Part shown: piece after piece, positions 30,023 through 45,334 of the stretch
Position numbering within the stretch: position 1 is the stretch's first letter
How the letters are laid out: each line of letters opens with the position of its first letter
Source: Escherichia coli
GTDB taxonomy: Bacteria > Pseudomonadota > Gammaproteobacteria > Enterobacterales > Enterobacteriaceae
Length of the DNA: 64,000 nucleotides
Reading direction: 5' to 3' (one strand)
Assembly: GCF_048403405.1 (NCBI RefSeq)
Contig: NZ_CP183129.1
The notes under the pieces: generated by a model
What the model saw: the letters and a program-made list of their open reading frames with translations, nothing else
What the model was told of the DNA's origin: nothing
Databases searched by the model: none
Translations under genes and position numbers: made by a program

Positions 30023-31951
30023 ATGCCTGTTATAACTCTTCCTGATGGCAGCCAACGCCATTACGACCACGCTGTAAGCCCCATGGATGTTGCGCTGGAC
30101 ATTGGTCCAGGTCTGGCGAAAGCCTGTATCGCAGGGCGCGTTAATGGTGAACTGGTTGATGCTTGCGATCTGATTGAAAACGACGCACAACTGTCGATCA
30201 TTACCGCCAAAGACGAAGAAGGTCTGGAGATCATTCGTCACTCCTGTGCGCACCTGTTAGGGCACGCGATTAAACAACTTTGGCCGCATACCAAAATGGC
30301 AATCGGCCCGGTTATTGACAACGGTTTTTATTACGACGTTGATCTTGACCGCACGTTAACCCAGGAAGATGTCGAAGCACTCGAGAAGCGGATGCATGAG
30401 CTTGCTGAGAAAAACTACGACGTCATTAAGAAGAAAGTCAGCTGGCACGAAGCGCGTGAAACTTTCGCCAACCGTGGGGAGAGCTACAAAGTCTCCATTC
30501 TTGACGAAAACATCGCCCATGATGACAAGCCAGGTCTGTACTTCCATGAAGAATATGTCGATATGTGCCGCGGTCCGCACGTACCGAACATGCGTTTCTG
30601 CCATCATTTCAAACTAATGAAAACGGCAGGGGCTTACTGGCGTGGCGACAGCAACAACAAAATGTTGCAACGTATTTACGGTACGGCGTGGGCAGACAAA
30701 AAAGCGCTTAACGCTTACCTGCAGCGCCTGGAAGAAGCCGCGAAACGCGACCACCGTAAAATCGGTAAACAGCTCGACCTGTACCATATGCAGGAAGAAG
30801 CACCGGGTATGGTCTTCTGGCACAACGATGGCTGGACCATCTTCCGTGAACTGGAAGTGTTTGTTCGTTCTAAACTGAAAGAGTACCAGTATCAGGAAGT
30901 TAAAGGTCCGTTCATGATGGACCGTGTCCTGTGGGAAAAAACCGGTCACTGGGACAACTACAAAGATGCAATGTTCACCACGTCTTCTGAGAACCGTGAA
31001 TACTGCATTAAGCCGATGAACTGCCCGGGTCACGTACAAATTTTCAACCAGGGGCTGAAGTCGTATCGCGATTTGCCGCTGCGTATGGCCGAGTTTGGTA
31101 GCTGCCACCGTAACGAGCCGTCAGGTTCGCTGCATGGCCTGATGCGCGTGCGTGGATTTACCCAGGATGACGCGCATATCTTCTGTACTGAAGAACAAAT
31201 TCGCGATGAAGTTAACGGATGTATCCGTTTAGTCTATGATATGTACAGCACTTTTGGCTTCGAGAAGATCGTCGTCAAACTCTCCACTCGTCCTGAAAAA
31301 CGTATTGGCAGCGACGAAATGTGGGATCGTGCTGAGGCGGACCTGGCGGTTGCGCTGGAAGAAAACAACATCCCGTTTGAATATCAACTGGGTGAAGGCG
31401 CTTTCTACGGTCCGAAAATTGAATTTACCCTGTATGACTGCCTCGATCGTGCATGGCAGTGCGGTACAGTACAGCTGGACTTCTCCTTGCCGTCTCGTCT
31501 GAGCGCCTCCTATGTGGGCGAAGACAACGAGCGTAAGGTACCGGTAATGATTCACCGCGCAATTCTGGGGTCGATGGAACGTTTCATCGGTATCCTGACC
31601 GAAGAATTCGCTGGTTTCTTCCCGACCTGGCTTGCGCCGGTTCAGGTTGTTATCATGAATATTACCGATTCACAGTCTGAATACGTTAACGAATTGACGC
31701 AAAAACTATCAAATGCGGGCATTCGTGTTAAAGCAGACTTGAGAAATGAGAAGATTGGCTTTAAAATCCGCGAGCACACTTTGCGTCGCGTCCCGTATAT
31801 GCTGGTCTGTGGTGATAAAGAGGTGGAATCAGGCAAAGTTGCCGTTCGCACCCGCCGTAGTAAAGACCTGGGAAGCATGGACGTAAATGAAGTGATCGAG
31901 AAGCTGCAACAAGAGATTCGCAGCCGCAGTCTTAAACAATTGGAGGAATAA
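30023..31951 (+). CDS. thrS: Threonyl-tRNA synthetase
   Basis: 642-aa ORF; class II aaRS. Confidence 0.97.
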
Positions 31952-32497
<546 letters not shown>

Positions 32498-32569
32498 GGC
32501 CTTCAAGTAGCACTGTCTGTGGAGCCTTTGGGCTTCACAGGCATTGTTCGCCTTTGTTTCATTTATTAA

Positions 32570-32791
<222 letters not shown>

Positions 32792-32816
32792 GCCGTTAAC
32801 GTTTTTAACTTTTTAA

Positions 32817-33200
<384 letters not shown>

Positions 33201-33210
33201 GCCAGTTGAA

Positions 33211-33240
33211 AGAGGGAGCTAGTCTCCCTCTTTTCGTTTC
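33211..33240 (+). terminator. Intrinsic terminator after rplT
   Basis: agagggag-ctagt-ctccctct hairpin followed by tttcgttt. Confidence 0.7.
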
Positions 33241-33322
33241 AACGCCATCAAAACATTGACTTTTATCGCCGTAGCCTTTTCAATAAAGGTCTTTTGAAAA
33301 GTACCAAAAGGTAACGCAAGCA

Positions 33323-33367
33323 ATGAATGCTGCTATTTTCCGCTTCTTTTTTTACTTTAGCACCTGA
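33323..33367 (+). CDS. pheM: pheST attenuator leader peptide (14 aa, 5 Phe)
   Basis: atg aat gct gct att ttc cgc ttc ttt ttt tac ttt agc acc tga = [14 protein letters not shown]; not in the ORF track (too short). Confidence 0.85.
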
Positions 33368-33413
33368 CTCCAGGAGGCTAGCGCGTGAGAAGAGAAACGG
33401 AAAACAGCGCCTG

Positions 33414-33440
33414 AAAGCCTCCCAGTGGAGGCTTTTTTTG
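33414..33440 (+). terminator. pheST attenuator terminator
   Basis: aaagcctccc-agtg-ggaggcttt hairpin followed by ttttttt, between pheM and pheS. Confidence 0.75.
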
Positions 33441-33463
33441 TATGCGCGTTTTGAAAAAATTAA

Positions 33464-34489
<1,026 letters not shown>

Positions 34490-34500
34490 GGCAGGAATAG

Positions 34501-36891
<2,391 letters not shown>

Positions 36892-36895
36892 ACCT

Positions 36896-37195
36896 ATGGC
36901 GCTTACAAAAGCTGAAATGTCAGAATATCTGTTTGATAAGCTTGGGCTTAGCAAGCGGGATGCCAAAGAACTGGTTGAACTGTTTTTCGAAGAGATCCGT
37001 CGCGCTCTGGAAAACGGCGAACAGGTGAAACTCTCTGGTTTTGGTAACTTCGATCTGCGTGATAAGAATCAACGCCCGGGACGTAACCCGAAAACGGGCG
37101 AGGATATTCCCATTACAGCACGGCGCGTGGTGACCTTCAGACCCGGGCAGAAGTTAAAAAGCCGGGTCGAAAACGCTTCGCCCAAAGACGAGTAA
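36896..37195 (+). CDS. ihfA: Integration host factor alpha subunit
   Basis: 99-aa [55 protein letters not shown]... Confidence 0.95.
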
Positions 37196-37208
37196 TCTGA
37201 TCTAACTA

Positions 37209-37239
37209 AAAAGGCCGCTCTGCGGCCTTTTTTCTTTTC
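37209..37239 (+). terminator. Intrinsic terminator after ihfA
   Basis: aaggccgctctgcggcctt hairpin followed by ttttcttttc. Confidence 0.75.
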
Positions 37240-37295
37240 ACTGTCGAAGAGTCACCGTAAAATCAACGCCATGACACTTCAGCAGAACGGATACC

Positions 37296-38276
37296 ATGCT
37301 GACACTTGCCCGCCAACAACAGCGACAAAATATTCGCTGGTTATTATGCCTGTCAGTTTTGATGCTGCTGGCGCTTCTCTTAAGCCTTTGCGCCGGCGAA
37401 CAATGGATCTCGCCAGGTGACTGGTTTACTCCTCGTGGCGAACTGTTCGTCTGGCAAATTCGCCTGCCACGTACGCTGGCTGTATTGCTGGTTGGTGCGG
37501 CGCTGGCTATATCCGGCGCTGTAATGCAGGCGTTGTTTGAAAATCCTCTGGCAGAACCTGGACTACTTGGCGTCTCTAACGGCGCAGGCGTAGGGCTTAT
37601 CGCCGCGGTATTGCTTGGGCAAGGGCAACTCCCCAACTGGGCACTAGGGCTGTGTGCGATTGCTGGCGCGCTTATCATCACTTTAATACTCTTACGTTTC
37701 GCCCGTCGTCATCTTTCGACCAGTCGGTTATTGCTGGCTGGCGTTGCATTAGGGATTATCTGTAGCGCACTAATGACGTGGGCTATCTACTTTTCCACCT
37801 CTGTTGATTTACGTCAGCTGATGTACTGGATGATGGGCGGTTTTGGCGGCGTAGACTGGCGGCAAAGCTGGCTGATGCTGGCATTGATCCCCGTGTTGTT
37901 GTGGATCTGTTGTCAGTCCAGACCGATGAATATGTTAGCACTTGGCGAGATCTCGGCGCGGCAACTGGGTTTACCCCTGTGGTTCTGGCGCAATGTGCTG
38001 GTGGCAGCGACCGGCTGGATGGTTGGCGTCAGTGTGGCGCTGGCGGGTGCTATCGGCTTTATTGGTCTGGTGATCCCCCATATTCTCCGGTTATGTGGTT
38101 TAACCGATCATCGCGTATTACTTCCCGGCTGCGCGCTGGCAGGGGCGAGCGCATTGCTGCTGGCTGATGTTGTAGCGCGCCTGGCATTAGCTGCCGCAGA
38201 GCTGCCTATTGGCGTGGTCACCGCAACGTTGGGTGCGCCGGTGTTTATCTGGTTATTGTTAAAAGCAGGACGTTAG
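37296..38276 (+). CDS. btuC: Vitamin B12 ABC transporter permease
   Basis: 326-aa polytopic membrane ORF. Confidence 0.95.
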   Translation: MLTLARQQQRQNIRWLLCLSVLMLLALLLSLCAGEQWISPGDWFTPRGELFVWQIRLPRTLAVLLVGAALAISGAVMQALFENPLAEPGLLGVSNGAGVGLIAAVLLGQGQLPNWALGLCAIAGALIITLILLRFARRHLSTSRLLLAGVALGIICSALMTWAIYFSTSVDLRQLMYWMMGGFGGVDWRQSWLMLALIPVLLWICCQSRPMNMLALGEISARQLGLPLWFWRNVLVAATGWMVGVSVALAGAIGFIGLVIPHILRLCGLTDHRVLLPGCALAGASALLLADVVARLALAAAELPIGVVTATLGAPVFIWLLLKAGR

Positions 38277-38338
38277 CCGCAAAAAGACGGTCTATGATTA
38301 AAAGCTAAGATTTTTACTGACCACACCCAGGAGAAACG

Positions 38339-38890
38339 ATGCAAGATTCCATTCTGACGACCGTAGTGAAAGATATCGACGGTGAAGTGACCACGCTGGA
38401 GAAGTACGCCGGTAATGTGCTGTTGATTGTCAATGTCGCCTCAAAGTGTGGCTTAACGCCGCAATATGAACAGTTGGAGAATATTCAGAAAGCCTGGGCC
38501 GATCGTGGTTTTGTGGTGCTGGGATTCCCGTGCAACCAGTTTCTGGAGCAAGAACCGGGTAGCGATGAAGAGATTAAAACTTACTGCACCACTACATGGG
38601 GGGTGACGTTCCCGATGTTCAGTAAGATTGAAGTTAATGGCGAAGGACGTCATCCGCTGTATCAAAAATTGATTGCCGCAGCGCCGACTGCAGTCGCGCC
38701 GGAAGAGAGCGGATTCTATGCCCGTATGGTCAGCAAAGGTCGTGCACCGCTGTACCCTGATGATATTTTATGGAATTTTGAGAAATTTTTAGTTGGCAGG
38801 GACGGATTGGTCATCCAGCGTTTTTCCCCGGATATGACGCCGGAAGATCCCATTGTGATGGAAAGCATTAAACTGGCGTTGGCAAAATAA
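38339..38890 (+). CDS. btuE: Glutathione-peroxidase-family thioredoxin/glutathione peroxidase
   Basis: 183-aa ORF; the active-site Cys is in [11 protein letters not shown]. Confidence 0.9.
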   Translation: MQDSILTTVVKDIDGEVTTLEKYAGNVLLIVNVASKCGLTPQYEQLENIQKAWADRGFVVLGFPCNQFLEQEPGSDEEIKTYCTTTWGVTFPMFSKIEVNGEGRHPLYQKLIAAAPTAVAPEESGFYARMVSKGRAPLYPDDILWNFEKFLVGRDGLVIQRFSPDMTPEDPIVMESIKLALAK

Positions 38891-39639
38891 TGTCTATTGT
38901 GATGCAGTTACAGGATGTTGCGGAATCTACCCGCCTTGGGCCGCTTTCTGGCGAGGTTCGGGCTGGGGAGATCCTGCATCTGGTGGGGCCGAATGGCGCG
39001 GGTAAGAGTACCTTACTGGCGCGAATGGCCGGAATGACCAGCGGTAAGGGAAGCATTCAGTTCGCGGGGCAACCACTGGAAGCATGGTCCGCAACAAAAC
39101 TCGCGCTGCATCGCGCCTATCTTTCACAACAGCAGACGCCGCCGTTTGCAATGCTGGTCTGGCACTACCTGACACTGCATCAGCACGATAAAACGCGTAC
39201 CGAACTACTGAATGATGTCGCAGGGGCGCTGGCTCTTGATGACAAACTCGGACGTAGCACCAATCAACTTTCCGGCGGCGAATGGCAACGCGTACGTCTT
39301 GCTGCGGTGGTGCTGCAAATCACACCACAAGCCAATCCCGCAGGCCAATTGCTGCTTCTTGATGAGCCGATGAACAGTCTTGATGTTGCGCAACAAAGTG
39401 CATTAGACAAAATTCTGAGCGCGCTGTGTCAGCAAGGACTGGCGATTGTGATGAGCAGTCACGATCTCAACCATACATTGCGTCATGCGCATCGGGCGTG
39501 GTTGCTAAAAGGTGGAAAAATGCTGGCCAGTGGACGCAGGGAAGAGGTGCTCACGCCGCCAAATCTGGCGCAGGCCTATGGGATGAATTTTCGCCGTCTG
39601 GATATCGAAGGTCACAGAATGCTGATTTCGACCATCTGA
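38890..39639 (+). CDS. btuD: Vitamin B12 ABC transporter ATP-binding protein
   Basis: 249-aa ORF with Walker A (GPNGAGKST); ATG overlaps the btuE stop by 1 nt. Confidence 0.95.
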   Translation: MSIVMQLQDVAESTRLGPLSGEVRAGEILHLVGPNGAGKSTLLARMAGMTSGKGSIQFAGQPLEAWSATKLALHRAYLSQQQTPPFAMLVWHYLTLHQHDKTRTELLNDVAGALALDDKLGRSTNQLSGGEWQRVRLAAVVLQITPQANPAGQLLLLDEPMNSLDVAQQSALDKILSALCQQGLAIVMSSHDLNHTLRHAHRAWLLKGGKMLASGRREEVLTPPNLAQAYGMNFRRLDIEGHRMLISTI

Positions 39640-39716
39640 TTTCATTAGTATCTTGAAAATCGGGTAATTACGACGCTAAATTAATGCAAGAATAAAAAAC
39701 AGAGGAACCGTACGGA

Positions 39717-40181
39717 ATGCGTTTCTGCCTTATTTTGATCACAGCACTGTTTCTGGCCGGGTGTAGCCACCATAAAGCACCGCCGCCAAATGCCAGACTT
39801 TCTGATTCGATTACCGTTATTGCCGGTTTGAACGACCAGCTACAGAGCTGGCATGGCACGCCGTATCGTTATGGTGGCATGACGCGGCGCGGTGTGGACT
39901 GTTCGGGGTTTGTGGTTGTGACGATGCGCGATCGTTTCGATTTGCAGCTGCCCCGAGAAACTAAAGAACAAGCCTCTATCGGCACGCAAATTGATAAAGA
40001 CGAGTTGCTGCCAGGTGACGTGGTCTTTTTCAAAACGGGCTCCGGACAAAATGGTTTGCATGTAGGTATTTACGATACCAACAACCAATTTATCCACGCC
40101 TCTACCAGCAAGGGAGTGATGCGTTCCTCACTTGATAATGTCTATTGGCAGAAAAATTTCTGGCAGGCGAGACGAATCTAG
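39717..40181 (+). CDS. nlpC: NlpC/P60-family lipoprotein
   Basis: 154-aa ORF with lipobox (LAGC) and catalytic-Cys motif (DCSGF). Confidence 0.9.
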   Translation: MRFCLILITALFLAGCSHHKAPPPNARLSDSITVIAGLNDQLQSWHGTPYRYGGMTRRGVDCSGFVVVTMRDRFDLQLPRETKEQASIGTQIDKDELLPGDVVFFKTGSGQNGLHVGIYDTNNQFIHASTSKGVMRSSLDNVYWQKNFWQARRI

Positions 40182-40191
40182 TATGTCGAAA

Positions 40192-40226
40192 AATTGACGG
40201 CGATGATACATCGCCGTCAATTTACT
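40192..40226 (+). terminator. Putative intrinsic terminator after nlpC
   Basis: ttgacggcgatg-ataca-tcgccgtcaa hairpin followed by tttact. Confidence 0.55.
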
Positions 40227-40427
40227 CCAGAATACGGTAGTATTTTGCAGACAAAAATTCCGTAAATGGATTATTCGTTTATAATCAGGATAATCTAAAA
40301 AAAGGACCCCTGAAAAAGTGGTTAACATGGAACAAATGAAAGTTACTCCTTCTGTAATTGTTATGTCTTATGGCCTCATCCCTTTTAGCCGGATACTGAA
40401 AAACATCCTTCGAGAGGGACGGTTACC

Positions 40428-41141
40428 ATGAAGATTTTTTTGGAGAATCTTTATCATTCTGATTGCTATTTCCTGCCGATAAGAGATAACCAGCAAGACC
40501 TTGTCGGCGTTGAGTTAATTACCCATTTCTCCAGTGAAGATGGTACGGTTCGTATCCCGACGAGTCGGGTTATAGCGCAACTTACCGCGGAGCAACATTG
40601 GCAATTATTTTCAGAGCAGTTGGAATTACTAAAATCATGCCAACACTTTTTTATTCAACATAAACTCTTTGCCTGGCTTAATTTAACGCCACAAGTGGCT
40701 ACATTATTATTAGACAGGGATAATTACGCGGGCGAACTATTAAAATATCCGTTTATTGAACTGTTGATTAATGAGAATTACCCGCATCTCGATGAAGGAA
40801 AAGATAATCGCGATCTTTTGTCCTTATCGCAAATGTATCCCCTTGTGTTAGGTAATTTGGGCGCAGGCAATAGCACAATGAAAGCGGTTTTTGATGGTCT
40901 TTTCACCCGCGTCATGCTGGATAAAAGTTTTATTCAGCAACAAATCACGCATCGCTCCTTCGAACCGTTTATTCGTGCGATCCAGGCGCAAATTTCCCCA
41001 TGTTGCAATTGCATCATCGCGGGGGGCATTGATACGCCAGAAATAATGGCACAGATTACCCCCTTTGATTTCCATGCTCTCCAGGGATGCCTGTGGCCTG
41101 CCGTTCCTGTAAATCAGATAACGACGTTGGTTCAGCGATAA
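40428..41141 (+). CDS. ydiV: Degenerate EAL-domain anti-FlhD4C2 factor
   Basis: 237-aa ORF in a visibly AT-rich segment. Confidence 0.9.
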   Translation: MKIFLENLYHSDCYFLPIRDNQQDLVGVELITHFSSEDGTVRIPTSRVIAQLTAEQHWQLFSEQLELLKSCQHFFIQHKLFAWLNLTPQVATLLLDRDNYAGELLKYPFIELLINENYPHLDEGKDNRDLLSLSQMYPLVLGNLGAGNSTMKAVFDGLFTRVMLDKSFIQQQITHRSFEPFIRAIQAQISPCCNCIIAGGIDTPEIMAQITPFDFHALQGCLWPAVPVNQITTLVQR

Positions 41142-41164
41142 CCCTCCTGTTTGCTGGTGTTTAA

Positions 41165-42640
<1,476 letters not shown>

Positions 42641-42643
42641 AGG

Positions 42644-42835
42644 CTACTTGGTCAACAGCAGCTTGCCAGCCTGAGTTTTACGGAGCAGATATTCTTGCCC
42701 GTCATGATCGATAATCAGTTTGCCATCCGGACCTAACAGTGTCTGGCTGGTAATTCGCCGGATGGGCTGCGGGGAAGCGGTCTTGTGATTGGCATCCGTT
42801 TCAGGCGTGAGTTTTCTGCTATCCGTATAACGCAT
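42644..42835 (-). CDS. ydiE: HemP-family small protein YdiE
   Basis: I chose the ATG giving [23 protein letters not shown]... (63 aa); the track starts 9 codons upstream. Confidence 0.7.
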   Translation of the reverse strand: MRYTDSRKLTPETDANHKTASPQPIRRITSQTLLGPDGKLIIDHDGQEYLLRKTQAGKLLLTK

Positions 42836-42855
42836 AAAAATTAATAATAATTGAT

Positions 42856-42877
42856 ATAACAATGATTCTTATTATCA
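42856..42877 (-). promoter_or_regulatory. Candidate Fur box upstream of ydiE
   Basis: On the ydiE strand tGATAATaAgAATCATTgTt resembles GATAATGATAATCATTATC, about 20 nt upstream of the start. Confidence 0.5.
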
Positions 42878-42937
42878 ATATTCTGGCGAACCAGAGCAAG
42901 CAGTAATTTGTTGAGAAGACAACAAGTTGCGCAGAAA

Positions 42938-42960
42938 TGCCCATTCCGTCAGGAATGGGC
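42938..42960 (-). terminator. Hairpin just downstream of aroH (putative terminator)
   Basis: gcccattcc-gtcag-gaatgggc, 7 nt after the aroH stop; the U-run is weak. Confidence 0.45.
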
Positions 42961-42966
42961 ACGCAT

Positions 42967-44013
42967 TCAGAAGCGGGTATCAACCGCAGAGGCGAGTTTT
43001 TCGACCAGGCGTTCGGTATCTTCCCAGCCCAGACACGGGTCGGTAATGGATTGACCGTAAGTGAGCGGCTGACCGCCGACGATTTTTTGCGTTCCTTCGC
43101 GCAGGAAACTTTCCGCCATAATTCCAGCAATCGCCGTAGAGCCATTGCGGATTTGCTGACAAATATCCTCACAAACTTCTAACTGGCGACGGTGCTGCTT
43201 CTGGCAGTTACCGTGGCTGAAATCCACCACCAGATGTTCAGGCAAATCAAATTCGTGCAGCGTATCGCAGGCTGCGGCGATATCATCGGCATGATAATTC
43301 GGTTTTTTGCCGCCACGCATAATAATGTGGCCATACGGGTTGCCACTGGTCTGATAGATGGTCATCTGACCATTTTTGTCTGGCGAGAGGAACATATGGC
43401 TGGCGCGGGCTGCGCGGATAGCATCCACAGCAATCCGCGTGTTGCCATCGGTACCATTTTTAAAACCTACCGGACAGGAGAGTGCCGAAGCCATTTCACG
43501 GTGGATCTGACTTTCGGTAGTACGTGCGCCAATCGCGCCCCAACTGATTAAATCAGCAATAAACTGACCGGTCACCATATCGAGGAACTCAGTCGCGGTA
43601 GGGACGCCCAGCTCATTTACCTGTAAAAGTAATTTGCGCGCCAGCTCCAGACCGTGATTTACCCGATAGCTGCCGTTTAAATCCGGATCGGAGATTAGCC
43701 CTTTCCAGCCGACAACAGTCCGTGGTTTTTCAAAATAGGTGCGCATTACGATTTCCAGCCGTGACTGGTACTGGTTGCGCAGCGACTGCAGACGGGTGGC
43801 GTACTCCATTGCAGCGGTGAGATCGTGGATCGAGCAGGGGCCAATAATGACCAACAGTCGCTTATCTTCACCATTCAGTATTTTTTCAATTCTGCGGCGG
43901 GAGTCGGTGACATGGGTGGCGACGCCAGGCGTTACGGGATACCGTAGCGCGAGTTCGGCGGGCGTTACCAGGCTCTCAATACGCGCAGTACGGAGTTCGT
44001 CAGTTCTGTTCAT
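42967..44013 (-). CDS. aroH: DAHP synthase, Trp-sensitive isozyme
   Basis: 348-aa ORF. Confidence 0.95.
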   Translation of the reverse strand: MNRTDELRTARIESLVTPAELALRYPVTPGVATHVTDSRRRIEKILNGEDKRLLVIIGPCSIHDLTAAMEYATRLQSLRNQYQSRLEIVMRTYFEKPRTVVGWKGLISDPDLNGSYRVNHGLELARKLLLQVNELGVPTATEFLDMVTGQFIADLISWGAIGARTTESQIHREMASALSCPVGFKNGTDGNTRIAVDAIRAARASHMFLSPDKNGQMTIYQTSGNPYGHIIMRGGKKPNYHADDIAAACDTLHEFDLPEHLVVDFSHGNCQKQHRRQLEVCEDICQQIRNGSTAIAGIMAESFLREGTQKIVGGQPLTYGQSITDPCLGWEDTERLVEKLASAVDTRF

Positions 44014-44158
44014 TACAAGTCTCAGAAATTTGTTGCTTCTACGGCAGGACTACCGGGAAGTGATGCGCATCACGATAAACCAATCGCAGCTGATTTCAAG
44101 TGCGAGGTGTGTCACACCTCGCCGGGTGGTTAGCATGATAACAAAAAAATAAGCTAAT

Positions 44159-44176
44159 GCACTAGTTCTCTAGTAC
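44159..44176 (-). promoter_or_regulatory. TrpR-type operator upstream of aroH
   Basis: On the aroH strand GTACTAGAGAACTAGTGC carries the tandem ACTAG motif typical of TrpR operators; it overlaps the last codons of ppsR. Confidence 0.55.
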
Positions 44177-45003
44177 ATTCGGCGGCTAAGGCCCATGATA
44201 TCGAGGATCTTGGTGGCAATCTCTTCTACCGAATAATTGGTACTGTTAATCCACGGGATCTGATTTTTACGGTACAACGCTTCCACTTCCGCGACTTCCA
44301 TCCTGCACTGACGAAGCGAGGCATAGCGACTGTTCTCCCGACGTTCCTCGCGAATCGCCGCCAGACGTTCCGGGTCGATAGTCAGGCCGAACAATTTATG
44401 CTGAAGCGGTTTGAGCGACGCGGGTAGCACCAGATTATCCATATCGTCGGCAATAAAGGGGTAGTTTGCCGCGCGGATACCAAATTGCATTGCCAGATAC
44501 AGACTGGTGGGGGTTTTACCACAGCGAGAAACACCGAGCAGGATCACCTGAGCCTGATCCAGATTGCGCAACGAAATGCCGTCATCGTGGGCGAGGGTGT
44601 AATCAATCGCCGCAATGCGCGCATCATATTTATTGAGATTATTAGGGTTAAGGCCATGGGTACGATGAGCAATCGGCGTGGGATCCAGTTTCATCTCTTG
44701 TTGTAGCGGGGCAACCAGCGCCTGAACGATATCCTGGCAAAAGCCCTCACTTTGCAAGATGATGGCGCGAATCTCCGGCAACACGATGGAGTAGAAGACC
44801 AGCGGGCGCACACCTGTCTGGTGATAAATTGCGTCAATCTGATCCTTCACTGCCCGTGCACGGCTCTCATTTTCGACAAACGGCAGCGTAATGCTGCTGA
44901 TAGTGACGGGAAATTGTGACATTACTGCGTGTCCTAATACCTCCGCAGTTATTGCCGTACCATCAGAAATATAAAAAACGTGGCGATCAACAGCATTATC
45001 CAT
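44170..45003 (-). CDS. ppsR: PEP synthetase regulatory protein (bifunctional kinase/pyrophosphorylase)
   Basis: 277-aa ORF with P-loop (GVSRCGKT); divergent from ppsA. Confidence 0.9.
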
Positions 45004-45232
45004 TTTGTTCTTCCCGTGATGCAGACATAATTCTATGAAAGCATAAATTAAAAACGCACAGAAGCGTAGAACGTTATGTCTGGTTTATAAATGAACCTTC
45101 AATTTTATTTTTTATGAAAACAGCATTTCATTTTTATGGTTTCGTTTATACCGATGGTTTATGTGGAAATTGTCTAAGAGAGCAGATTTGCGCAACGCTG
45201 GGATCAGTCTTAAAAAGTAAAAAAATATATTT

Positions 45233-45248
45233 GCTTGAACGATTCACC
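45233..45248 (+). promoter_or_regulatory. Candidate Cra (FruR) site in the ppsA promoter region
   Basis: gcTTGAACGATTCAcc resembles the TGAAWC-GWTTCA half-site arrangement; ppsA is a known Cra-activated gene. Confidence 0.45.
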
Positions 45249-45334
45249 GTTTTTTTCATCCGGTTAAATATGCAAAGATAAATGCGCAGAAATGTGTTTC
45301 TCAAACCGTTCATTTATCACAAAAGGATTGTTCG

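Noticed and set aside
29933-30253. 106-aa minus-strand ORF overlapping the thrS leader and 5' coding region
   Set aside because: It overlaps the thrS operator and start; the region is better explained by thrS and its regulatory RNA structure.
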